Of a DNA stretch of 64,000 bases, positions 1 to 11,567 are shown piece by piece. The position numbers were made by a program, and so were the translations under genes. Below the pieces are notes generated by a model, which saw only the letters and a list, made by a program, of their open reading frames with translations, was not told where the DNA came from and did not search any database. The DNA lies in NCBI GenBank assembly GCA_964234715.1, contig OZ174280.1. One strand, given 5' to 3'. Position 1 is the stretch's first letter. The number at the start of each line of letters is the position of its first letter. Source of the stretch: Podarcis melisellensis. Lineage: Eukaryota.

Positions 1-167
1 GAGGTTGGTCAACCTAGAAAGTGATGAGGGAAAATGTATCTGGGCAGAGGCTCATGTGCAAGGAAAAAGTGATAGAGCATATATTTTGACAACATAGCCA
101 CAAAGTCCTATATCTACACCACCTTTCTGCCCTGGTAAACATCACATTTCTTCAGCAGAGTGTATAG

Positions 168-351
168 GGCTGTATTCAGACATGAGGATTATTGCCGGTA
201 GGTTAGTTTTCATGGTTATAATGCTAGTGCTTCTGTCCCAGTTTCTAATGTTCCTTTTACATTGCACCCTGTTGCCTAATGGAACTGTGGCCTTTTTAAT
301 CAAGATACTGCTATGTTGGGCTGCATTTCACTCACACCAGTGGACATGATG
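168..351 (+). mobile_element. Unclassified interspersed repeat (possibly PIF/Harbinger-like MITE), cut by the gap
   Basis: GGCTGTATTCAGACATG...ATGCTAGTGCTTCTG...TTCCTTTTACA...GTGGCCTTTTTAATC aligns by eye with 40950-40987, 41570-41657 and 42545 onward. Confidence 0.55.
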
Positions 352-551
352 NNNNNNNNNNNNNNNNNNNNNNNNNNNNNNNNNNNNNNNNNNNNNNNNN
401 NNNNNNNNNNNNNNNNNNNNNNNNNNNNNNNNNNNNNNNNNNNNNNNNNNNNNNNNNNNNNNNNNNNNNNNNNNNNNNNNNNNNNNNNNNNNNNNNNNNN
501 NNNNNNNNNNNNNNNNNNNNNNNNNNNNNNNNNNNNNNNNNNNNNNNNNNN
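352..551. other. Assembly gap (200 N)
   Basis: Run of N; ORFs spanning it are artefacts. Confidence 1.
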
Positions 552-1855
552 CCTGCTAGGAAGCTGTATAAAACCCTGCAAGAAGTTACCAACACCTAAA
601 CGGAACCTAAATTTCATAGTCAAGGTTCAACACATGTATGATAAACTGTAGTTGGTTAGGTAGTTAAAATAAAATAAATTTAGGAGCATGAATTTGTTCA
701 TCGCCACTGGGTGTTGCTCTGTTTGTAGAAAGTATGTATCAGAGGGGCAGGGACCATTACAGGCTAATGGGGCAGATAGCTTCTGAAGGTCCTAAACGTG
801 TTCACTTGGAAATGCAGTCCAATCCCACTTACTTATTTCATTGAATTTATATCCCTCCCTTCCTCCCCAAGGATCTCAGGGCACAATTTGAAAACAAAGG
901 GGGCTGGAATCCTGAAACATTTAAAATGCTCTAAAAATAATTACCATTAAAAACATCTAAAAGCAGTTATACTTAAAAGCATTCTAAAAGCAATTCCAGT
1001 TAAAAACATTCTTCCATCCAACAATCGTGGGTTGCCAGGAACAGCATTCAGTATTATATTCCATGGTGCACAAGGTGCTCTTTAGGATTACATCATCTTC
1101 TGCTTATCATTTGATCTCTGTTCTTTCTAGATGCTGTAGGTGAACATTTCACTTTTAGAAAAATGAGCCGCAGCTGATTTCTAATACCTTCTTCAACAAT
1201 GAGTGTGAAATGGAATTCCATGGAAGCTTTCAAATTACAGCCCACTTACATGTGTGCATTATATCAGCAGTGACACTTTGATATATTGATAGCGAGCTGA
1301 CAGTTCTTTTGACTGAGTAGACTTTGCCCCAAGGACTACGAAAGCAGGGGCACTTGCAGTCACATGACGTATTGCATGCACAAACCAGGATGAAATTTTG
1401 GTTAAACAGCTACATGAGGCTGTGTCTTGGGGAGTAAAAGGTTAGGCAATAACATGATTAGGAAAATTGTGCACAACTCAGAAAGCAAGCAGAGGCCTTG
1501 CAGTTCTAGGCTGAATATTCCACCCAGAGTGATCTCAGCGATTTTTGGGGTTGGTAGTAGAGTGAATCCCTCCCTAAGAACACATATGGTGACATGTTCA
1601 GGATGGGATGGAGGACTTTGGAGGGGGTGCATTATGTCCTTTCTGTTGTTAATGAATTGCTCCATGAGGGTTTTCTAATTAGGTTTAAAAAGCCATGCCA
1701 CTCAGCTGTAGGCTAGCTACCACATTCTTTGAAATAGGGCTGCTCTGAGAGGGAAGCAACATGGCGACAGAGTGTTGCTGCCAGTGACACAGTTGTCTGA
1801 GGCTGATGGGAGTTGTAGTCGAAAACATCTGTAGGGCACCAGGTTGGGGAAATCA

Positions 1856-2460
1856 ATCATAGCTAATAGGCACTGGGAAGCCTTGTTGTTGTTTGTTGTT
1901 TAGTCGTTTAGTCGTGTCCGACTCTTCATGACCCCATGGACCAGAGAATGCCAGACACCTCTGTCCTATGCCTATGCTTCATGAATTTGTCTATTCTTCT
2001 TTGATAGCCAACTAAGCTAGCGGCCATCAGCAAATCAGAAGGTGGTGAATCTCATTGATCAGGGAAGAAGAATTTGAATCAATGGTCAGGGATTATGGTC
2101 AATATCTGGAGAGCTACAGGTTCCCCAGCCCTGCCAAACGTCAACCGTTCACCATGTGAGCAAATGCTCCTGTTTTTCTGTTCTAAAACTCTGTTTCATT
2201 TGGGTGGCTCTGGAATCTAGTGTTATAAGAGAGGGAGGAAAAACTGTTCTCTATCCACACCAGGAATAATTGTATGAATCTCAATCATCTCCCAATTTAC
2301 TTGCTTTTGGACTAGCTTCAGGCCTTGCAACTTTCTCTTCATTTTGACTGGACATTTTGGCACCTTTCCCACTATTTTGTGAGATGCCGTAGTCAGAACT
2401 GTATGATGGGGTGAGATGCTCTATATTTATTTGTATAAAGGCATGACAAGACTGAAAAGT
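1856..2460 (-). mobile_element. Old CR1 LINE 3' fragment interrupted by a BovB tail and a short MITE
   Basis: Degenerate antisense CR1 3'-region phrasing (ATGAATTTGTC, TTCTCTATCCAC, AATCATCTCCC, CAGAACTGTA). Confidence 0.5.
1885..1966 (-). mobile_element. BovB (RTE) LINE extreme 3' end
   Basis: TTGTTGTTTAGTCGTTTAGTCGTGTCCGACTCTTCATGACCCCATGGACCAGAG matches the BovB tails at 9120-9184 and 58278-58340. Confidence 0.9.
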
Positions 2461-3181
2461 TGTCCCACATCACATTCAGTCAATGTCATAAGAATAGATC
2501 CAGGATAATGATCTTGCTCCAGTTCCTTGAAGTGCCAAGATAGAGTAGTCTATTAACATAGAAAGGCTTGAGAAGAATTGTACAGGTTAGAACACCATCT
2601 AGGACTTTCATGGAGAGCTAGGTATTTCACACAGAGACTTGACTTTCTTTTGTTTCATTTCTAAGCTATAACTCTCCTGCCTCATTAGATATCCTGAAGA
2701 CACCAAGACTGGGAAGAAATATCATCTCCCATGCCCTCATTATGTTGCAGACAACTAAAACACATTTATGGCATTTTTGTTTGTTTGCTTGTTTCCTGTT
2801 CTGCAGCAAACCTCTTACTGTATTTATTTCCGATTCTTCATGAACCTCATTGCCTCATGGATTGCTGCAGCTCTGCTAATGGGGTGAGATGCCTATTTCA
2901 TTATTTATTCTTCTGATATCCAGGTGTATTGAAGTGAGGGTGAAATTATAATTTACTTAGGATAGCCTTTTTTGTTCTTTATTTTTGCACTCCAAGAACA
3001 AGGCTGTTTATGTCTAATGCTTCTTTATGTTGCTTAGGGTTGCCGCTTGATCATTCTCATTGCTCACTGCAAATTTGCCCTTGTTTTGTATTAACAAAGC
3101 ACTAGGCAGCACAACAGCAATTTTAATAACAGGGTTACACTAGACACCTAGATTCTGGCCAGGACAGGAATTATCTGTTCG

Positions 3182-3196
3182 TCTGTCTGTCTGTCC

Positions 3197-3267
<71 letters not shown>

Positions 3268-3270
3268 ACA
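3182..3270. repeat. Compound (CT)n(CA)n microsatellite
   Basis: Seen directly. Confidence 0.98.
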
Positions 3271-3411
3271 TTTAAAAACAACATAATTGTACTTCAGGAG
3301 ACGCAACTGCTTTACAGAATGAAAGCAGTTGGGAACTAGCTTTGTCTGTTGAGATGTGTGTGTTGAAAAAAGGAGGAGAGAGAGCATCCTGGATGGCTGT
3401 TTTGTTTAAAC

Positions 3412-3547
3412 CAGTGTTTCCCAAACTTGGGTTTCCTGCTGTTTTTGGATTACAATACCCATCATGCCTAGCTAGCAGGACCAGTGGTCAGGGATGATGG
3501 GAACTGTAGTTCCAAAACAGCTGGAGACCCAGGTTTGGGAAGCACCA
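3412..3547. mobile_element. hAT (Charlie-type) MITE
   Basis: CAGTGTTTCCCAAAC...GTTTGGGAAGCACCA termini; same family as 10847-10982. Confidence 0.8.
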
Positions 3548-3951
3548 GTTTTAAAGCCTGATTAGTCCTTCAATATTTGTTGTAGGTCCAGCAGTGGCTG
3601 GTGCCCATTAGGGCTGGTAGTCAAGTAGGCCAACAGTAGGTGAAGCCAGAACCAATGAGAGGCAAAGCCCATCCTCTTCCCTGATGAGTTCTACAAGGGC
3701 AAAACTGTGACTAAGGAGGAGGAAGCTGAGAACCAAGGCCACCCTCTGGGCTATTTGTATTTATTTATTGAAAATTTATCACCTGCTCTTTCAAAAATAT
3801 AACAAGACAGCTTATAACATATAACATGCAATAAACTCACTGTATAAAAAACATAATGTAACATAATTTAAAAACACCAGTAGATGTAAGAAAGAAATAA
3901 GTTTGGGAGGGAGGAGGGAGGAAAGCAAGCACAGTCACTACTTTATAGTTA

Positions 3952-4177
3952 CAGTGGTACCTTGGGTTACAGACGCTTCAGGTTACAGACTCTGCTAACC
4001 TAGAAATAGTACCTTAGGTTAAGAACTTTACCTCAGGATGAGAATAGAAATCACATGGCAGCGGTGTGGCAGCAGCGGGACGCCCCATTAGCTAAAGTGG
4101 TACCTCAGGTTAAGAACAGTTTCAGGTTAAGAACGGACCTCCAGAACGAATTAAGTTCTTAACCCGAGGTACCACTG
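3952..4177. mobile_element. Tc1/mariner (Tigger-like) MITE
   Basis: TIRs CAGTGGTACCT/AGGTACCACTG with TA on both sides; same family as 26448, 35271 and 37531. Confidence 0.92.
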
Positions 4178-5358
4178 TATAGAATTTTTGTAACGATGAA
4201 CTGGGATGGAGAGATTTGTAGAAAATTAGTTTTCTTTTCACTCCTTTTCCTAATGAACTCTGGCATGGAATTTTCCATTTTCACAGCTACTGCATACTCG
4301 GTTGACATCTTCATTGAGCTATCCATAACATCCTCAAGTTGTTGTTTTTTAAAAATTGTTAATCGTTGTTAAATTAAATAAATTGATAAAAGGTGGGGGA
4401 GAGAAATGAACGGGGTGAAGTAACATAATGAAAATGAAATTATCTGTGCAATTTCTGTAATTATGCAAATTACGCAAGTTGTTTAGTTTCACCACAGTGG
4501 ACAGTGAGACGAATAGCATAGTTTTTGGTGGAAGGCAAAACGCAGTGTAATGGAAACAGTTCTGTATCTGGCAAATCAAGAGCGGAATGGAAAATGATGC
4601 CTTCTTACAGTCCTATCTGCCACTGAGCCACACAGCTCAATGACACAGGAGACAATGTGACTTCCAAGAGGGTGTTTCAAGGATATGCATACCTTATCTA
4701 AAAGCAGAGGAATTTTTTTTATACATCCCTAATGATTGTTTTGTTCAAAAATTAATAGATAGATTAATTGATTTAAATCCACATGATTAATTGAGGGCTA
4801 TTTAATTGTTCCTCCTTAATTGGGTGACAGCCCTGCATCTCATTTTTATGTAATGAGAGGGAAGCTGACTGTATCTTTTCCCAAGGTGCTTCTTTCTATT
4901 TATCGCAAAGACAATGGCTAGTAGAATAATGATTGTTAAAAACATGGATTGCCTTCCTAATACTAGTTTATATGAATCTACTCCTTTGGCTAGAAATCAG
5001 ATTGCTGGAAAGCCGGGCTTTGTTCTGGAATTTATTGTATTTCCTGCAGATGTTGGGGTTAGACATAATGTGAGATCACTGCAGTGTTCAATGACAGCAT
5101 CATTGCTGCTGTATATATCACAGTTGGATGAGTAGTAAGAAATAATTGATTTGCAAATAAAAGCACAGAGTTCAGCATTCTGCTATGATTCACTGGGTCA
5201 CATAATTTATTACACACAGGTAGAAGGGCAATAGAAGAATAATTCACAACAACAAGGTTTGCAAAACTAAAACTTTTCATGGATTTCTGCATGATTGAAT
5301 ATTCATCTAAAAATTCATGCTCAGTAATACTTTTTATTTTTTTAAAAAATATTACAAC

Positions 5359-5707
5359 CAGGGATGCTTGAGAAATCCAATTTATGTGAATTCCGGCGCT
5401 AACTGACCTGATTTGCACCATTATCCTTTGGATTTTGCAAATTTTGTGAAATGGTTCTCAGCTCAGAAGAAGTATCAAAATACATTTAAAAACACATATT
5501 TCAGGATTAAATACATTCAGAAATGCATGCATTAAAAAGCACATTTAAATAATATGTTGTGATCTAATGTATATTTAAAATATGTACTTAAATACAAAAC
5601 TTTGTGCAGATGTTTTTTAAGGCAAAAAGCATAACTTAATGTGGAAATGTGGCAGAACTGACTTATGAATGAAAACATGCAAGGCTGACACAAACCTGTC
5701 ATCCCTA
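5359..5707. mobile_element. Old AT-rich hAT non-autonomous element
   Basis: Termini CAGGGATG...CATCCCTA flanked by a perfect 8-bp TSD ATTACAAC (5351-5358 and 5708-5715). Confidence 0.85.
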
Positions 5708-6477
5708 ATTACAACTATATATTTGCAAACCAATCAAACACATGTATAATTTTTGAGTGTGGATATCTACAGGATCTATGCAAGTAAACTGGCCAATGGG
5801 GTTCAGTAACATTCATCAAAATGCATGGAGTTATTTCTGGATGAGGCAGCATGTTCTGGGAATTATCCAAACAACCTCAGAGCACAAATAATGAACAAGA
5901 CAACAAAATAAGCGAGTAACAAACAACTGATGCCAGAGGCAGAAAAATAATTTCTCCACATTTATTGGCAAATACTAACAACGCAAGCATTCACGAAGAG
6001 CCATGAGCTGTTTGTGATAGATTTGCTAATCCCAAAGCAGTTAGCTTAGTTATGAAGTGTATTTGAAACACATAGTTAAAGATCTTCATGGGGAAATGTA
6101 GGGAAACATATAGAGGAAATTACAGGAATTAAGGAACCATGGCAAAGTGTTGCAAACTGAGAAGGTAAATTCATTACTCATTGCAAGTCTGCTTAGGTTT
6201 GTGTTTTGTTAACCTGCAATCATACATTTATTCTGATGTCTACTTAAATCTCATATTTCTGCACCCCCTAAGTTTTCCCATTATATAGTGGGAGAGGGGT
6301 TCATTGAAAAAAACCCAACCTTGGAACACTAAATGATAGAAATGGCCATTTCAACAAAGATTCTGTAAGCGCAGTATACCATGTATCTGAAAAGACTGTT
6401 CAAAGCAACACTTGATGTCCATAGGCACACATTTGCTGGAATGGAGGAGGTAGGTGTGTTCCTCTGTCCAGTATTGC

Positions 6478-6994
6478 TGTCATGAATGAGCCAGCTCCAA
6501 GGGAAGGTGTGTAGCCAGGGAAGAGTTGCTGCTAACTGAAGAAAGCAGCCAGGAACAGAGAGGATTAACAGCCATGCAGGATGAGCATCGTCTAGTGCCA
6601 ACTTCCCTGCCCCTTGGAATACTGGCTGATAAGGGAATAGCGGAGAGCCAGCTAGAACGCTGTCAAAGCTCACCAGAAGCAAAAGCAGGTGGGAAAGAGT
6701 TAAGAGACAGCCTCTCAGAGAACAGAGAAGAGGTGGGAGCTGACCCACTCTCTCTGAGGTCTCAATGAATGGGAGGGCTGCAAGACAGGAAGCAAGACAA
6801 AAGACATCTGAAGTGAAAGTTCAGTTGCTTCTGGGCTAGCAGGAAGCAGTCTTCAGAAGAGTCAACTTGAATAATGGTGCCGGCAGCTTCCTAGAGCCAT
6901 CCTAGAGCCAGCCTTTATTGTTTTTGCAATAAATCCTGCTTTTTAATTAGCTACATTTACTGTGTTATAAGGTTGAGAACCTGGACTCCAGACA
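6478..6994 (+). mobile_element. Solo LTR (probably Gypsy-type), 517 bp
   Basis: TGTC...GACA ends, perfect 5-bp TSD ATTGC (6473-6477 and 6995-6999), AATAAA near 6928. Confidence 0.88.
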
Positions 6995-8739
6995 ATTGCC
7001 TACGGAAGCCAAACTCCCCCAGTGAGGGAGCTGTGCAGCCATGAGGCACCTTGCAGTGCCTTTCCAAATGGTGGATGGGCAGAAGCTACCAATAGTGGTA
7101 GCCCTGTCAGACGTAGCCAGTGGAGTCCCACAAAACAGGACAGCTGGGCTGCCAAGGACCTGATGGTTGAAGATCCAGTCATGCTGCCTGTCACCACATG
7201 CCTCTTTTCCATGCCCATCCTGGGAGATGGCATAGCAAAAAGACATTTTGCCTCTCCCCCACTTGCTCAGTTCTGCCCTAGCTCACGCAATCAGTGAGGC
7301 TATAGGTGCAGCAGTGATTATGCTGATCCATTAAGCACCTCTGCTGCCATAAAATGAGGACATACATTTACTGGCTGGATTAGGCCAGTGCGACCCATCT
7401 AGTCCAGCATCATGTATGCAAAAAAAAGCATATATTAATGAGTGCATAAAAACAAACATAAAAAGGCACTGTAGCAAGGAATAGTGCTTGCAAAAATGTG
7501 TCTATCAGAGAAATTGCATACAAAAATGTGTATGTTAGGAGGAATGTGCATTAAAACGCTAACAAATTATCATGAGGACGTCTTAACAAAATCACAAACT
7601 GATGTATAAATGTGAGGAACTTAAGCCTCAAAAAAAGAAGAAGAGAGAAACTAAGAGAAACAGACGTTTATAGATTCGTCTAAAAAGCCCATTTGTACAT
7701 AAGAGAATATTTTAAAACTGGATGAGATGTCAATGAGATGTTATAACTTTTGTTAGGGACACATGGTATCTGCAATAAATTGTTGTGGTGTGGAACAACA
7801 CTTACCACTGCAAACAATTAAAGATGATATATTCTTGGTGTGAGTGACTAAGTCCTACTAGAAACACAAAATGCAATTTTGTGTTAATCCCATTTGCTAG
7901 AATCAAGACAAATGGTCAACAGAGAAAACTCCACAAGCTGAATTTTGTGGCGTATTGAATAGCCTCACAAAAGAACAACTAGCTTCGTGCCAACTCTTGA
8001 AAATGTGTTCTTATTAAGTGGAGCTAGCAGCTAGCATTTATCATTTTTGGTGAGCCCCACATCAATGCTTCACTAAACAACTTAGATTATTTCCCTGTAA
8101 TTGCATCCCCAAGCTACCTAATAACCTCAATTCATTTCCATTAAATCTCAGGAGGGTTAGATCATTTAGCAACTCTACACCCATTCCCTGCTTTCTCACT
8201 TTCTCCCATTCTGTAAATATATGCAATTGCTGTCATGCAAGTGGAGAAGTCCAAATAGAAACAAAAGCAATGGCAGCAATCTTTTTCGTTTTCTTTGTGG
8301 CATATATTTTCCTTTCATTGTGCTGTACCGCATATGTCAGTGAACAGCAAAAACTGAGTCGCTAGTGAGCTTGGTTGCTGCTGGCTCTCCAGGAATTTCT
8401 CAGCTGAATTTTGCCTTCGGTGGCTTTCCCCCCATCCCCCAATTAACAATCCTTTCCTCCCAATGTTCCCATCCCTGGTTTTCAAGTGAGAATTAATGAG
8501 CCTTGAAAAATGGATAGACCTTCCGTCTCCAGTGCAAAAATATTTGAGAACCTGTCATTTCCAAAACATATTAAAGTTTCACATTAAGTGTACGCTCTTG
8601 ACCCCACCAACCATCAACATTTGACCTCTGTGAATCTTGAATCTCCATTTCTCCTCAGCCCTGGCAAGCCACAAAGTAGTTTTTTCCCACCTTAGTGCAT
8701 CCCAAACCTGATGTACCAGTCCAGGGAATTACCCACCAT

Positions 8740-9184
8740 TATGGTTTTCCCAGTAGTGATGTATGGAAGTGAGAGCTGGACCATAAAGAAGGCTGATCGC
8801 CGAAGAATTGATGCTTTTGAATTATGGTGCTGGAGGAGACTCTTGAGAGTCCTATGGACTGCAAGAAGATCAAACCTATCCATTCTTAAGGAAATCAGCC
8901 CTGAGTGCTCACTGGAAGGACAGAGCATGAAGCTGAGGCTTCAATACTTTGGCCACCTCATGAGAAGAGAAGATTCCCTGGAAAAGACCCTGATGTTGGG
9001 AAAGATGGAGGGCACAAGGAGAAGGGGACAACAGAGGACGAGATGGTTGGACAGTGTTCTCAAAGCTACGAACATGAGTTTGACCAAACTGCGGGAAGCA
9101 GTGGAAGACAGGAGTGCCTGGCGTTCTCTGGTCCATGGGGTCACGAAGAGTTGGACACGACTAAATGGCTAAACAACAACAACA
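8740..9184 (+). mobile_element. BovB (RTE) LINE, 5'-truncated
   Basis: Translation MVFPVVMYGSESWTIKKADRRRIDAFELWCWRRLLRV...EKTLMLGKMEG is the BovB ORF C-terminus; (CAA)n tail. Confidence 0.96.
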
Positions 9185-9599
9185 TAAATATACTTCTGGG
9201 TGCTACCTGGTTGCCTTCTTTGCCCTCAGGTTATGGGAGCCCAGTGCATCCCCCACCACCACCTTGGTACCTGACTTCCGGTGGCACCAGAAGTCAGATG
9301 CCAAGACCTTGTGAGACCTCAGAAAGCATTGTGATCAACCTATTTTACTCTCACCAGTTCACCTATTTCCCCTGGGTGCAATGCAGATTAGGCACACACA
9401 AACATTATTCCCATGGCCAATCAGGTGTACAGGTAAAACATTCTGACTCAGTCCTCAGAGCCATCATCCTCTCAAGGGTGGATGATATGATGTTAGGAAA
9501 GAGGACCAATAAGTAGTAGCACTCAAGGTCAGCCCAAGACATTTTGGCACCTGAGGCAAAATGCCCCACCACCACCACAAGGGGGTGGGGGCATGAGGT

Positions 9600-10040
9600 T
9601 CTACAGGGTCTCACCCTCAAGGAAATGCTCTTGCAAAATTATACTACCAGGTGGGATGGGTGCCAAACTCTGCAAGCCTTTGGAATGCCTCCCTCCCACT
9701 GAGATTGGGCGAGAGGAAACCAGCAAAGCTTTGCTGCTGGTTTCTCTCTGCCCCTCTCTCCGCAGAAGGCTGTGCTGCTCTACCACTGCCAAAGCCTCCC
9801 TTACCTGAGTTGTTTCTCCAGCAATAGCAAAAACCTGCCTCATGGGTTGGTCGGCTCTGGCAGCTCTGGCTTTTATACACAAATGTCCAACCTGTGTGAG
9901 TCCACAGGCAATTGCTCAGCATTTACATGCTTGCTGATACTGCCTTACCTTTTCTTGAGACAGGTGCAAAACTGCCTCCACTTCATCTGTCATTGAGATG
10001 CAGCTGAAGGAGGGCATTCTCCCCAATGATACTGGATGCG
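9600..10040 (-). mobile_element. Degenerate LTR-like sequence
   Basis: Minus-strand TATAAAAG near 9868-9875 and composition similar to the other solo LTRs; ends and TSD not resolved. Confidence 0.35.
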
Positions 10041-10046
10041 ATAACC

Positions 10047-10374
10047 CATGGGTAGGCAAACTAAGGCCGAGGGGCCAGATCCAGCCCAATCACCTTCTCA
10101 ATCCAGCCTGCAGACGGTCCAGGAATCAGCGTGTTTTTACATAAGTAGAATGTGTCCTTTTATTTTAAATGCATCCCTGGGTTATTTGTGGGGTCTGCCT
10201 GGTGTTTTTACACGAGCAGCATGTGTGCTTTTATTTAAAAGGCATCTCTGGGTTATTTGTGGGGCAGAGGAATTCGTTCATCCCCCCCCCAAAAAAAAAA
10301 ATTATAGTCAAGACCCTAACAAGGTCTGAGGGACAGTGGACCGGCCCCCTGCTGAAAAAGTATGCGGACCCCTG
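10047..10374 (+). mobile_element. hAT (Charlie-like) non-autonomous element
   Basis: CATGGGTAGGCAAACT...GCGGACCCCTG termini; internal ~70-bp tandem duplication; second copy at 57141-57466. Confidence 0.8.
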
Positions 10375-10846
10375 TAACCAAATACCTGTATGACTCTATC
10401 CAATTCAGGAAAGGTTTCTTGTGAGTGTAATCAACTCACATTTTGAAACATTAAGGTTCCAAAAAAGGGTTAATGCAATCTGGGCCCTGGGCTTTTAAAT
10501 ATAGCTCCTCAAACACTATGTTCCCATTTTAAATCAAATCTTTGTTTTTCATCATTTTTCCAGAAGTTCACTTATTACAAGATGCTCCTTATTCTTCTGA
10601 TAATTGTTATCACATGAACATATTATCAGCCATTTTAAAATCTCTCGTGTCCTAGTTATTATTCTGGTTTATTGCAGTTTCTTTTGAAGTTCCCATGACC
10701 AATATGTTCATTAATTTGAGATCCCAATCATCCCCATTGTAATTTGAATTGTTGATTTTATTGCCATTTTGGGGCGGAAGCTGCAGAGAATCATTGGCCA
10801 GGATTAATTCCCATCTGATTTGCTGTGGGTCAGTCATTCTCTAGAG

Positions 10847-10982
10847 CAGTGTTTCCCAACCTTGTGCCTCCAGCTGTTTTTGAACTACAACTCCCATCAT
10901 CCCTGACTAGCAAGACCAGTGGCAAGGGATGATGGGAATTGTAGTCCAAAAACAGCTGGAGGCACAAGGTTGGGAAACACTG
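10847..10982. mobile_element. hAT MITE, young
   Basis: Perfect ~35-bp TIRs (CAGTGTTTCCCAACCTTGTGCCTCCAGCTGTTTTTG) and perfect 8-bp TSD CTCTAGAG. Confidence 0.95.
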
Positions 10983-11047
10983 CTCTAGAGTGTTCTGGCT
11001 GCCAACTAGTAAAAGAGAAACATAAACTAACCAGCAAAGTATGAAAA

Positions 11048-11567
11048 TGTCAGAGATCGGGCTGAGGAGTGCTGTTCTGAGAAGGAATGGTGGGAGTCTC
11101 CCCTTCTCCATGACCAGGATCCTGAAGCTGCCCAGGAGCAGTGGAGCAGTATAGATTTGGAGCAGTGGTTTGCAGAGGGACATAGTTCGGAAGACAAAAG
11201 CTGGGCAGAGTTGAGTGGGGAACAGCTAGGAGAAGAAGAACACGGAGAGAGAGAGAGAGAGTTAACAGACTCCGATCCACTGGAAACTGTCCAGCTGCTC
11301 AGTCCAAGGTCAAGAAGATTAGATAAAGTAGCTACACAGAAGGCACAGTGTTTGCAAGATCAGGTTGCAAGACGAGGAAGTGACTCGGGTGACTCAGGGG
11401 GAAATAGGTGGAAACCTTAACTGGGAGCACCTTTACTCCGAGAATGGACTCTTTGTCCTTTCACTGTGAATATTAAAATCTATTTAAATGGTATGAGACT
11501 CTTTTCACTTTGTTCTGCTTATCCACGGCCAAAGGGAGGGAAGAAGCCACTTCCCCGAAGCCTGACA
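11048..11567 (+). mobile_element. Solo LTR (probably Gypsy-type), 520 bp
   Basis: TGTCAG...CTGACA inverted ends, perfect 5-bp TSD GAAAA (11043-11047 and 11568-11572), ATTAAA near 11472. Confidence 0.9.
11049..11420 (+). other. Uninterrupted reading frame inside LTR U3 (no ATG; 123 codons from LTR nt 2)
   Basis: VRDRAEECCSEKEWWESPLLHDQDPEAAQEQWSSIDLEQWFAEG...LLSPRSRRLDK...RWKP*. The frame is seen directly; coding status is inferred. Confidence 0.5.

Noticed and set aside
300-651. ORFs spanning the N run
   Set aside because: Artefacts of the assembly gap.
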